Part shown: one piece after another, positions 39,901-48,980 of the stretch
Layout of the letters: every line of letters starts with the position of its first letter
How positions within the stretch are numbered: the stretch's first letter is position 1
Source: Candidatus Omnitrophota bacterium
GTDB lineage: Bacteria > Omnitrophota > Gorgyraeia > Gygaellales > Profunditerraquicolaceae
Length of the DNA stretch: 64,000 nt
Reading direction: 5' to 3'
Assembly: GCA_041662125.1 (NCBI GenBank)
Contig: JBAZTA010000001.1
Location: forward strand, 259,118-323,117
Program-made: the position numbers and the translations under genes
Notes under the pieces: model-generated
Seen by the model: only the letters and a program-made list of their open reading frames with translations
What the model was told of the DNA's origin: nothing
The model's database searches: none

Positions 39901-42900
39901 GTGGTTCTTATCAGGGCCTTCGCCTAATTTAGCCGCCATTTTTAAACCATTAGTAAAGATATCATACCGGGCAGCTTCTAATACTTCCCGTAACCCGGCA
40001 GTCATTCTTCCGTAGGACATAAGCTCAAGCGCCTCAAAACCCGGCTTGCTCTTGAGGATAGTAATAATTGCCGCATAAACTGCCGGCGCATTATTGAGAT
40101 CAGCCCCCAACCTCTCCAACTCAGCATTCAACTCTCTTTCACCGATATGATGAGTGGCCAGAAGCGGGCCATAATATACCTTCAAAGTATTAAATTGCGA
40201 ATACTTCCATTCAGCCGGAACAGAAACCTTTTCTCCCGGAGCTACCTTAGCCATTACTTCACGAGTCCCCTTTTTATACCCTTCTACCGCCGGCTGATCA
40301 ACAAAACAGATATCCCACAAATATGCGATCGAGGCCACTGTTCTTTGAAAACCAAGCATTATACCGCCGATAGAATCTTTATCTTCGACATTAATGTCAA
40401 ACAGAGGGTAATTATTATCTTTAAGATAAGCACCCAACTCAGAATTTGTTTCCTCACCCTTAAAGTTTATACGGACAAATACGCGGTCATTGGTATCAGC
40501 CGGCAATAAATTCTCGGAGCTTAACTTCTCCCCGTAAAAAAGCGTCACACCTTTCCCGTCTTTACCCAATGACTCTTCAAATAACTGTTCTGCCCAGATA
40601 GAAATATCCTTCATCTCCTCAGGAACGATCAAGGTCATTTTATCTTTGCGTTCGTTCTTAGCGTAAGAGTAGAGGAATGCGGCAAGTTTAAGGAACATAT
40701 CGCCGTTTTCACCCTGATTCATCTTTTTGGCAGTACTTAAAACCTGCCAGACTTTTTCCGGAGCAACTAACGCCATCGGCAGGAGGAATATATTTGTCGT
40801 CGGTGCGGTAAACCGTCCGCCGATATCTCCTTTTCCATTGAGTTGAATTTCTCTCTGATTATAATCCCCGGTATCCATAGGTGAGCCTTTATCAGTGACA
40901 ACCCACATGTGATCTTTTGCATCTAAACCGGATTGGCCGAAAAGTGTTTCAAAATACCTTTTATGAGAAACTGTTTCTTCGGTAGTCCCGGATTTACTAA
41001 TAGGAATAACCAAAGTCTTAGCAAGAGCATTTTCCAATGAACCTTCTTTAGCGGCTATCTCATTAAGCATATCAGCGATAACTGCAGGATCAGTGGTCCT
41101 GAGGCTGTAAATCTTTACTTCCCGTTCGCCAAAGGTTGTTTTTACTGTTTGCACTGATAATCCTGAACCACCCATGCCGCAAAAGATCACATAGGTATAT
41201 TTATTACGAATTGCCTCGGCGTCTTCTAAAACAGCATTGACTGCTTGAGGATTCTCAAACAACCAGTTCAGATTCATCATACCCCAACCTAAACGGTTTG
41301 CTTTACCGTCAAAACCAATTCTGGCAAAAGTCGGATCTAATTTTATTGCGTCCTCTTGAGACAAACCATAGAGTGAATTTAAGCGTGCTTCGGCTCGTTC
41401 ACGTAACAATTTATCAAAAGATTCTTTGATCACTGTTTCATTTACGATATTCAACGGTGAAGCAGCAGAAACAACACTGCGTGCATCCAAATACGCCTGC
41501 CGAGCTAACGCCGCAGGAACAATGATCAAAGATTTATCCCCATCCTGGTCGTTCGCTAAAGAAGCATCCATAAGCGCATATTTTAATCCTACGACATCTC
41601 CAGCAGTAACAATAAATGTATCATTAACATAGAAGCTTTTTTGCTTGCGAGACAAAGTTTGATGAATATTAACGATCCCTAACCCTGCCTCTTTTGCCCT
41701 GACAATACGGGCATCATTTTCATTAACATCATCGGTGATAACCACTTTCTTTACACCGGCAAGCTTGAGAGCCTCTGCGGTAATATCAGAGGTATATGCT
41801 CCCGGCTTATTAGAAGAAAGCTGATCTATCGATACTGCCAGCTCCATGCCTTTCGGCAGGGACTCTTTGCTCAGATCCAAAAGATCAACCGGATTCTCAC
41901 CTTTTAACGCGCGATCAAAGAGTATCATATCAGTATCGTTAACCGCGAAGAAGATACGGATATCATTTTCCAGGTCAATACCTTGAAGGTTATTATTAAC
42001 GAACACGGCAAAATCCATGAGTTCGCGTAAATACTCTACTTTCATCTTCTCCCCGCCCACTTCAGCTTTCAAATTAAAGCCTAATACCGGGATACGGCCG
42101 GAAAATGTCCCGGCAGCTTTTTGGTTGCGGACAGTTTCAACTATAGTCTTGATCAAAGTTAATGCTGCTTCTTTAGTTAATGAAGCTCCTCCGATAAGCC
42201 CGCCGTCGACATTGACCATCGCCATAAGATCAGCGGCAGTCTTTGCGCTCATACTTCCACCGTATTGAATAATTATTTTATCTGCTTCACCAGGAATGAT
42301 CTGAGAAAGTATCTCATTTCTAATGAACGCCTGCACCTCATCAGCTTCTGATGATTTTGCCGGACGTATGGCTTTCGGGCCGATAGCCCAGATCGGTTCA
42401 TACGCAATGATGGTCATTAAGATCTGCTCTCTGGTAAGGCCGGCTAAACCTTCAGTAACTTGCGCGCGGATAAAATCCCATCCCGCTTTAGTAAGATCAC
42501 CATTGGCATCACGCATGTTTGCCGGTTCTCCCATTGCCAAAACATTGATCGTATTAAAAACATCATGTGATTGAGACAAAAGCGCATTGACTTTATTATT
42601 GTCTAAATTATATGCTTCTCTGGTTTCAGAGTGGCCGGTTAAAGCGCCATCCGCGCCTAACGACCTAAGCAAGACCAAATCCGATTTGTCATTCGCCTGC
42701 ACCATTAAGCGTACAGGACGATATTGGCCGTCTTTCTTGGTCCATTCTCCTTGAAGAGGCGAGCCTGCGGATAGAGACTGGGCTTTGGTAACTTCAAAAT
42801 GCTCCTTCGCAGATAGATAGACCGCATTCATGATCGCGTCTTCTGTCTTCTGATCAAGCATGTTCATCAGTTCCTGGTCATATCCCCTGACTTTCTTATC

Positions 42901-45300
42901 CCAGACTTTCTTTTCCTTTGTATCACTTAAATCTGTCAACCCTAAAAATACCTTTGCTTCTTCTGTGATCGTAGGCTGTAGTTTCGTAACCACATCCCAT
43001 ACTATATTCTGCCAATGCGTACCAATATTCCCGTTCCTAATTCCAACTCCCGCTAACACCGGGAACAATTCCTTGGCTGTACCCGTGATCCCATGCTGAT
43101 TGATCCGGATCCCCCATCTCTGATATATCGCGTCATTGATCGCTTTCGTCCGGTCCAAATCTATCTTCATCCCGGGAACATTACCATGCTCAGACCCATT
43201 ATTAATTGCCATTAATACAGGTAATGAATTTATTCCCTGTCTTTCAATCCCTTCCAAAAACGCAATCGCTTCGGCTACCGTAGAGAGTGCATTATGGGTT
43301 CCAACTATTTCCCCGATCTCACCTTCCCACGCGCTCTTCTCTATCCCTGTCCGCTTCACGATCTCCGCGGTTACCTCATAGTTCCTTCTCTGCTGTTCTG
43401 TTTCTGTCGCTTTCGTAAAATCTACCAGCTTTGAACAGTCTATCGCATATGAACCGAACCCTGCTTCCTTTGCCATCTCCACGAACATCACCACATGGTT
43501 GATCGCTTCAGGAGTATCCTTGCTCACCGTCGCATGATCCAATTTCAACATCCAGCTCCCCGTAAACCCTTCTTGCTGCGCCGCTATATTGGCATCCCAC
43601 GCTAAATCCGCAGGTAAATAATTGTCCACAAATTCCGAAATAGACCTCTGTATAATTACCGGCGCTCCTGTTTCCTTCGCCGCGCGGAATATACCACGCA
43701 ATGCCACCGGGTTCCTCATGTTCACGCTCAATACTATTACATCCCCCTGCTTCTCTATCTCTTTATAAAACTCTCGGCTCTTCTCTATTCCTATAGGTGC
43801 CGAAAAACTCCTTGTTGCAATAGGTGAACCGGATGCGCGGGAATTCAATACCAAAAGGCTTGATTCCAAAGCTTGCGCAATTTGAGCAGGCATTAACGCG
43901 TCTTTCTTTAAAATATATGTACCTTTTGAGCTATCTTTATAAACTAAGGAAACGGTAAAAGGATAATCTCCCTGCTCTTTCACATGAAAACCAGAATAAA
44001 CCCTGCCAGTTTCATCAGTTAACCCCTTTATTTCAACGCTTGCATGCAGATTTCTATACTTACTATTTGCGGCTTTGATCCTCTGGCCTATAATTAAAGC
44101 ATTTTGTTCATAGACATTTTGGGAAACAACAGGAGAACCTGAAGATTTCTTTCCTTTGCCTTTTTGAGCTACAAACATTTCTCCGGTTAAAGGCAAAGTA
44201 TCTACAGAAACTAACCCTCCTTTACCAGCCATGATTCCCGGCATATCTAATACGCCGCCGTATTTATTGACCGCTATTCTCGAAAAATCTTCACCGCCGC
44301 TAAAATAGCTCCTGATCACCTGTCCCGAAGGAGTACGCACCGGCACCTTAATATCATATTCTCCTTCTTTAAAAGATTTCTGATATGCTTTAAAATAGGT
44401 ATTTTTTGACCAATTCTCTTTGGAAGTCAAACCTGTTAACTCATTTTTATCTATAAGCGCGGGATATTGCCCTGCTTTACCTGCGAATTGAGATTTAAAC
44501 CAGCGGGATAATACCAGCGAATAAAAAACCTGGCGAAGAGAGGCGTAACGCTTTGCCGTATTGATCTCTTTAGTAAGTTTAGGAATAATCAACTCACGGA
44601 TAATTTCAGAAGAATACTCATTTAACGCCTTCATGCGGGCATCTTTAAAATTATACATCGAGGAATCTTTCAGGTAATCCTGTTCCAGCATGACTTTCAT
44701 CGTGGCTTTATAGATGTAGGCGCTATCACCGCTTTCTCTGATGATAATTTCATTAGGCACTATCCAGGGACGGGTCAAAGTTGGGATAGAAACATTTTCA
44801 GTGCCGAATAATGCTTCGGCTTTCTTATATAATTTATCCCAGTACAATTTCCCTTCAGTAGTTTCCGGAGAAGTAAACTTTGCGGTATCTTTCTTAAGTT
44901 GCAGGTCAGCTTCTAACATGATCTTGCCGACATCAGTCATACCCAGCTTATTATCGATAACCTCATTCTCAGAGTCCGGCCTTAAATTAACCCAGAAAGT
45001 ATCATTGGTAAGAGTTACTCCAATAAGAAAATAATTTAATAACGTGCGGGTCGATGCTTCAAGTTCTGAAGACCCAAGATTCTTGACATCGCCACGATCC
45101 AAAAGGACCTTAAGATTATCGCCTGTGGAGTCGTAAGAGAAATACCGTAGATGGACAGGACGGAATTTGTCCCCGACGAAATTGCTGTGTACTTGAGAAA
45201 GGTAATTGCCCAGCTTTAATTCTGCGGCAACCTGAGCAAAACTTACTTGTTGAAATAAAAGTCCAAAACTCAGCACCAAAGAAACAATCTTACGCACCAT
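36925..45300 (-). CDS. Giant secreted multi-domain protein: signal peptide, unknown N-domain, class II fructose-bisphosphate aldolase, triosephosphate isomerase, degenerate TPI-like repeat, glucose-6-phosphate isomerase, phosphoglucomutase, unknown C-tail
   Basis: Uninterrupted 8376 nt ORF. Signal peptide MVRKIVSLVLSFGLLFQQVSFA/QV. FBA motifs KLDHAT, EHGN, INQHG and GIRNGNIGTHWQ. TPI motifs GHSETRE, AYEPIWAIG, YGGSM and GGASL. TPI-like segment GAYTSDITAEALKLAGVKKVVITDD. PGI motifs GMGGSG, ISKSGTTEET, GGRFT and FVDQPAVEGYK. PGM motifs FGTSGWR, TASHNP, DPDADR, GEESQG and RFSGTEPVVRLY. Confidence 0.8.
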   Translation of the reverse strand: MVRKIVSLVLSFGLLFQQVSFAQVAAELKLGNYLSQVHSNFVGDKFRPVHLRYFSYDSTGDNLKVLLDRGDVKNLGSSELEASTRTLLNYFLIGVTLTNDTFWVNLRPDSENEVIDNKLGMTDVGKIMLEADLQLKKDTAKFTSPETTEGKLYWDKLYKKAEALFGTENVSIPTLTRPWIVPNEIIIRESGDSAYIYKATMKVMLEQDYLKDSSMYNFKDARMKALNEYSSEIIRELIIPKLTKEINTAKRYASLRQVFYSLVLSRWFKSQFAGKAGQYPALIDKNELTGLTSKENWSKNTYFKAYQKSFKEGEYDIKVPVRTPSGQVIRSYFSGGEDFSRIAVNKYGGVLDMPGIMAGKGGLVSVDTLPLTGEMFVAQKGKGKKSSGSPVVSQNVYEQNALIIGQRIKAANSKYRNLHASVEIKGLTDETGRVYSGFHVKEQGDYPFTVSLVYKDSSKGTYILKKDALMPAQIAQALESSLLVLNSRASGSPIATRSFSAPIGIEKSREFYKEIEKQGDVIVLSVNMRNPVALRGIFRAAKETGAPVIIQRSISEFVDNYLPADLAWDANIAAQQEGFTGSWMLKLDHATVSKDTPEAINHVVMFVEMAKEAGFGSYAIDCSKLVDFTKATETEQQRRNYEVTAEIVKRTGIEKSAWEGEIGEIVGTHNALSTVAEAIAFLEGIERQGINSLPVLMAINNGSEHGNVPGMKIDLDRTKAINDAIYQRWGIRINQHGITGTAKELFPVLAGVGIRNGNIGTHWQNIVWDVVTKLQPTITEEAKVFLGLTDLSDTKEKKVWDKKVRGYDQELMNMLDQKTEDAIMNAVYLSAKEHFEVTKAQSLSAGSPLQGEWTKKDGQYRPVRLMVQANDKSDLVLLRSLGADGALTGHSETREAYNLDNNKVNALLSQSHDVFNTINVLAMGEPANMRDANGDLTKAGWDFIRAQVTEGLAGLTREQILMTIIAYEPIWAIGPKAIRPAKSSEADEVQAFIRNEILSQIIPGEADKIIIQYGGSMSAKTAADLMAMVNVDGGLIGGASLTKEAALTLIKTIVETVRNQKAAGTFSGRIPVLGFNLKAEVGGEKMKVEYLRELMDFAVFVNNNLQGIDLENDIRIFFAVNDTDMILFDRALKGENPVDLLDLSKESLPKGMELAVSIDQLSSNKPGAYTSDITAEALKLAGVKKVVITDDVNENDARIVRAKEAGLGIVNIHQTLSRKQKSFYVNDTFIVTAGDVVGLKYALMDASLANDQDGDKSLIIVPAALARQAYLDARSVVSAASPLNIVNETVIKESFDKLLRERAEARLNSLYGLSQEDAIKLDPTFARIGFDGKANRLGWGMMNLNWLFENPQAVNAVLEDAEAIRNKYTYVIFCGMGGSGLSVQTVKTTFGEREVKIYSLRTTDPAVIADMLNEIAAKEGSLENALAKTLVIPISKSGTTEETVSHKRYFETLFGQSGLDAKDHMWVVTDKGSPMDTGDYNQREIQLNGKGDIGGRFTAPTTNIFLLPMALVAPEKVWQVLSTAKKMNQGENGDMFLKLAAFLYSYAKNERKDKMTLIVPEEMKDISIWAEQLFEESLGKDGKGVTLFYGEKLSSENLLPADTNDRVFVRINFKGEETNSELGAYLKDNNYPLFDINVEDKDSIGGIMLGFQRTVASIAYLWDICFVDQPAVEGYKKGTREVMAKVAPGEKVSVPAEWKYSQFNTLKVYYGPLLATHHIGERELNAELERLGADLNNAPAVYAAIITILKSKPGFEALELMSYGRMTAGLREVLEAARYDIFTNGLKMAAKLGEGPDKNHSFHQNIEAGREMFLSTYFMPMQVDQPSALEYSENLIKAQTIGTVKALVASNRKAVLITADATTDGAVSDMQQFFAQVQKFLSGSVASAQAGTAVITSEDDGDKPLVPRFSSSSITSYSEFVTKNPIKFGTSGWRFDESQYMKDGVFMQEWFLNDFYATVTAAADQIRLQEAGNPGRKGVLISGDTRATGPYTNLDLSRLAAEKLASLGIEVYFVDHYCPLPVVSVLIGRLKTAGSLYFTASHNPGRGYQITKDDGSVVEINNNGLKFNPAHSGPAEEEITGPLQKNINTLRESKHDNPFDQNRHGRNITAMSMDKVAPLYIEALQEIIDFKAIATAFEKGVLDYVVIDPKHGSATEYYRAIMNAIGLKEGVQYEIINAEPDPSFSQWDPETGVTKPDRPEPAAEYSKHLVYRVNELRSQGKKAIAISADPDADRNGVVSAEGNFIDPNMTFAIEAQYLIQQRFIQWLTNNQGREDVAALLAKSGVAINDLDSFIDKDSVYKRLIPLIQKFVNEENIALATTIPTSHMMKAIADRWSCPLYVTKVGFKWFNQYLLADSKTPALIAGEESQGLNIKSQEKDPKYVVLEKDALVAGFKMVEINAVSQATPEQLAGKLQAEIGFFAYNRGGVDLRAKTSLDKIDDLKAQLKAQLDELKENLEAKTITELGGKKIAESIFADGYKIVFTDGSWLCIRFSGTEPVVRLYTEAIGKTIPSADKVRQKVHEIGEQLLELKDGYKDVVLSGLSTVQKIAGQWFSQVTDAYLNRQTNLYSFYHSLLRDLKMRESGSQEAPIEKISGQVFSAADISILKSAIEAKAKQFEQIVVDDPAMKDTIKGAFSGAAKELQALLATLENSGSSPLVNQDVRAAGSPIKKGGIDFRTMNIITKPMGSFEGLNLKLPLLSKGELANINLDVEIGQIKNMVASGIVPSGERLKELVAACSQKGELQSRRDDLVVCLAEICRLQEEDVAESSAALRETLVILDSRQLALAKL

Positions 45301-45717
45301 TGCCTACACTCCTTTTAATAAGGTTTCGAAAAGTTTTTATTATTATAATAAAAAAAATCCGGTCGACCCTGTTTCTATCAATCCGGATAATACACGTGGC
45401 ACCCTCGATTACCTCCATAATCAAGGGACTCCAGAAAACGCTTTCAAAACTTACTTGTAATAGTTTGCCATTTTTCCTAAATCTTGTCAAGTAAAATTAT
45501 ATTTTTTTTCAGCGAGCTTGAAATCTTACCATCCTTATGGCATATTTATTTTGTAGGAAGAACATATTAAGGATCTTTTAACAGGAGGTCGTTTGGATAG
45601 CGAAAGCTACCAGGCCTATCCCCTACGGACTCGCGCCGGGTGTTGTCGGCGCTTTTCTGTTTTATATGGCCATTTAAAGATAGGCCTTTTCAATATAACC
45701 ACTTACCATTAAATGAG

Positions 45718-46158
45718 TTAACTAATAATCTGCAAAAGATTAATCCCTGTTTTAGGGTCAATTTCTTTGGTTGCCTTAATCCCTTTTAATTCAAATACCA
45801 CAGCCTCTATCACCAAAAAGACCTTAGAATCTTTCCTCACGCAGCCAGTAAGTACCTTGTTTTTCTTACCCATTGAGGCATGGATATGTATCTGCGGTCC
45901 TGTTTTATTGGTAAAAACACTTCCTATACCCATTACTTCCCACCCATCTTTAAAAGCAACCCAATTCGGCTCAGGCGGGATTACCGGTTTTTTCGGGCCG
46001 GTCACTAAATTCCCTTTTTTAAGCGCGCCTAAGAAAATCATCGTAGCCGACTTAACCCCTTCTTTTTTCAGGAAAACGTTTAATTTGTCAATTACCACAT
46101 CATCATCTTCAAATTTCAATACAAAAACCCTGCCGATAGTTCCTTTGGTATATTGCAT
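45718..46158 (-). CDS. PPC/DUF296-like domain protein
   Basis: 146 aa whose beta-rich sequence resembles the plants-and-prokaryotes-conserved (PPC) domain. Assignment is from memory. Confidence 0.4.
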   Translation of the reverse strand: MQYTKGTIGRVFVLKFEDDDVVIDKLNVFLKKEGVKSATMIFLGALKKGNLVTGPKKPVIPPEPNWVAFKDGWEVMGIGSVFTNKTGPQIHIHASMGKKNKVLTGCVRKDSKVFLVIEAVVFELKGIKATKEIDPKTGINLLQIIS

Positions 46159-46172
46159 TAATGAACCTCCTC

Positions 46173-47159
46173 TTACATATTTTCAACCCGATGAGGAATG
46201 ATCTTACGAAATTCCTCGATCACCGAAAGCAACTGCTCTTTTGTTTTTGCTGAACACGATTTTTCTCTGATAGGGCGCGCGTAACGAAAACCCCGGGTAT
46301 ACCAATGAAAAAACTTCCGGAATATGACAATACCGATTTTTTCTCCGTGAAAAGCGATACTTGCTTCCAAATGGTCAATAATTACTTTTGCGACATCATC
46401 CCTATCAGGTTTAGGAAGGATCGCACCATTTTTTAAGAATGCCGTGATTTCCTTAAAAAGCCAGGGGTACCCCAACCCTCCGCGAGCGATCAAAATACCA
46501 TCGCAACCCGTCTCATCAAACATTTTTTTAGCAAGCGCAGCAGAAAGAATATCGCCGCTGGCAATAATAGGAATGTGTAACGCGCGCTTAACTTCCCTGA
46601 TGATATCGTAATCGACTTTTCCGCTATATCCCTGCTCCCTGGTCCTGCCGTGAATAAAAAGTGCGCTTATTCCCGCATCCTGCGCGTGAAGAGCGACGTC
46701 CCTGGCATTTATTAGATCTTTACTCCAACCAGCGCGTATCTTGACCGTTACCGGCAAACGGGAACGCTCAACCAATATTTTAAGTAGATCCTGCAGCTTC
46801 TTGGGATGATTAAGTAAACTTGCCCCTTCTCCGCGGCGAGTAACTTTCTTTTCAGGACAGGCGGCATTAAAATCCAAAACATCAACAGGGTACTGCTCAA
46901 TGATTGCCAGTGCTTTCAGGATATACGCAGGCTCTGTACCTAAGAGCTGCACCCCAAGAGGCTTATCCCCGGGATCCCCAGCGAGCATCTGTTTACTCTT
47001 CTTACTTTTACTGCTTAAAGAACGGGCGTTGAGCATCTCAACAAACGCCAATTCGCAACCGAACTTCCGGTTCAAGAGCCGAAACGGCAGATCACTAATA
47101 CCTGATAAAGGAGCAAGGATAAGATTTGATTTTAATTTTAGATTACCTATAGTAAGCAT
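46173..47159 (-). CDS. dusB: tRNA-dihydrouridine synthase
   Basis: Dus TIM-barrel with NxxCP (NAACPEKK) and a catalytic Cys region. 328 aa. Confidence 0.85.
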   Translation of the reverse strand: MLTIGNLKLKSNLILAPLSGISDLPFRLLNRKFGCELAFVEMLNARSLSSKSKKSKQMLAGDPGDKPLGVQLLGTEPAYILKALAIIEQYPVDVLDFNAACPEKKVTRRGEGASLLNHPKKLQDLLKILVERSRLPVTVKIRAGWSKDLINARDVALHAQDAGISALFIHGRTREQGYSGKVDYDIIREVKRALHIPIIASGDILSAALAKKMFDETGCDGILIARGGLGYPWLFKEITAFLKNGAILPKPDRDDVAKVIIDHLEASIAFHGEKIGIVIFRKFFHWYTRGFRYARPIREKSCSAKTKEQLLSVIEEFRKIIPHRVENM

Positions 47160-47222
47160 AGCGCAACAAAAACCCCCGAATTAACGGGGGCTTATTTTAA
47201 CATATATATATATCCCTGGGAT

Positions 47223-48695
47223 TTATAAGATTAATCGCGCGTTTTTCTTTAACGGGTGGCTTTGGATATCCGCCACGATCTCTTCAGAGATTCCCGGTTT
47301 ACCCAGCTTATAATACATATAATTTTTATACCCCTCGACTCCCGGCTGGTCAAAGGCGTTGACATTCAACAACTCTCCCTCAAAAGCAGTCGCCATTTCA
47401 AAGAAAAACAAAAGCGCTCCCCAATGATATGCGGATACTTCAGGCATAATGATCGCGCAATTCGGCCGTGATTCCCTGACCAGCGCCCAGGCCGTTGCCT
47501 CCTGCGCTAATGCCATCAATTCAGAAAGCTTTTTCCCCGACAAAATATCCCCTTTTACCGCAATCGTCATGTCACGCTTAAATTTCTCTGTCCGGATAAA
47601 GGTGACCACCTTATCATGCTCGCCTTCAATATTGTTCTGCTGAATAGAATGTAAATCATTGGTTCCCCGGCAGGACACCGGCGTTCTGCCGACATTAACG
47701 ACCTGGCCTTTATCGCGCAGCCAATCTTCCGACCCATCAGCTGCTGTCACGATCTTTCTGGCGAATTTCTTCCCTAAGCTTTCTGCCAACAATTGCACAT
47801 ACCAGTCAGCAGTAGACTTGAGCGTCTCAGAAAAAGGCATCATAACCGCCAGTGACTTTCCTTTTTTACGGTAAAGGATAGCATGCAGCAAAGCGTACAT
47901 ATACGCGGGATTCTTATAGACATCTTTATTACTACAGCGTTTTTCCATCGCTTTCATCCCATCAAAGACTTTTTGGATATCAACGCCAATAATAGCCAAA
48001 TGCAAGAGCCCCATATTAAATTCTGAAAACCTACCTCCGACTCCCGGCAATAACGGCAGATTCCTGAAACTCAAAGGGTCTTTCTTTTGTTCTTCGGTAA
48101 TTTTCTTGCGTAAACTTCCTGATTGCGGATCGGTAACCGCTACGATCTGCCTGCCATAGTTTTTCCCCACCGCTTTCTTAAGCCACTGTTCTACGATCAT
48201 AAACGCAGCCTTTGTTTCAGCGGTCTCCCCCGATTTTGATATCACCACCACAAACGTTTTCTTTGGGTTGAGATTCTTTAAAAGCACTGATAACGTGTCC
48301 GGATCAAGGTTATTTCCTTCGAAATAAATACGGGGGCGCTTATTGCGAACAGGGCTGAATTCATTATAATACGGGGCGCATAAGGCATCCTGAGCAGCTT
48401 TGACCCCCAAATATGAACCGCCGATACCTAATGAAATGATACAATCATACTTCTTAACGATCTGGGCGCTTATTTTCTTAATACCGTTGATCACCTCTTT
48501 ATCCTGATACTGCAATTGCGTCCATTCCAGGCCGAACTTTACCCGCATCCCTTTATCGGCAATAACCTTTTGCAAATGCTGGGCTGCCGCATTGATATCC
48601 TGATCCATGGCAGCAATATCGTTTTCTGTTACACCGTGCGTTTCGGTAACATTGGCACTAAACATATTATTAAAATCAAACCTGATTTCTTCCAT
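47223..48695 (-). CDS. pgi: Glucose-6-phosphate isomerase (canonical cytoplasmic copy)
   Basis: Motifs SLGIGGSYLG, ISKSGETAET, GVGGRFS and FDQPGVEGYK. The start is trimmed to MEEIRFDF. The full ORF runs to 48764. Confidence 0.85.
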   Translation of the reverse strand: MEEIRFDFNNMFSANVTETHGVTENDIAAMDQDINAAAQHLQKVIADKGMRVKFGLEWTQLQYQDKEVINGIKKISAQIVKKYDCIISLGIGGSYLGVKAAQDALCAPYYNEFSPVRNKRPRIYFEGNNLDPDTLSVLLKNLNPKKTFVVVISKSGETAETKAAFMIVEQWLKKAVGKNYGRQIVAVTDPQSGSLRKKITEEQKKDPLSFRNLPLLPGVGGRFSEFNMGLLHLAIIGVDIQKVFDGMKAMEKRCSNKDVYKNPAYMYALLHAILYRKKGKSLAVMMPFSETLKSTADWYVQLLAESLGKKFARKIVTAADGSEDWLRDKGQVVNVGRTPVSCRGTNDLHSIQQNNIEGEHDKVVTFIRTEKFKRDMTIAVKGDILSGKKLSELMALAQEATAWALVRESRPNCAIIMPEVSAYHWGALLFFFEMATAFEGELLNVNAFDQPGVEGYKNYMYYKLGKPGISEEIVADIQSHPLKKNARLIL

Positions 48696-48729
48696 CACAA
48701 GCTCCCTTTTTTCATTATTATGAGACAGC

Positions 48730-48957
48730 CTATTTCTTGAGGAATTTATCGCTGAAACTGTCAATCTGTTTCTGCAGGCTCATCAGGCTTTCTTCAAGGC
48801 GCTGATTTGAGCGAATGATCCCGAGGTTAGAATTAACGATATCCTGATTGTTTTGGTTACTTAAAACCAAACGGCTTTCCAGAATATTTAATTTTAGTAA
48901 TACCATGACTAAAACCAGGGCGATTATGGCTTGCAGGATAACATTCACGAATTTCAT
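48730..48957 (-). CDS. Small hypothetical membrane protein
   Basis: 75 aa with one N-terminal TM helix and a coiled-coil-like C-terminal tail. Confidence 0.35.
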   Translation of the reverse strand: MKFVNVILQAIIALVLVMVLLKLNILESRLVLSNQNNQDIVNSNLGIIRSNQRLEESLMSLQKQIDSFSDKFLKK

Positions 48958-48980
48958 AGATACTCCTAATGTTTTTTAGG

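Noticed and set aside
45290-45494. Two overlapping 64-66 aa ORFs at the 5' end of the giant gene
   Set aside because: They are mirror-image ORFs in the AT-rich promoter region of the giant gene and are most likely non-coding.
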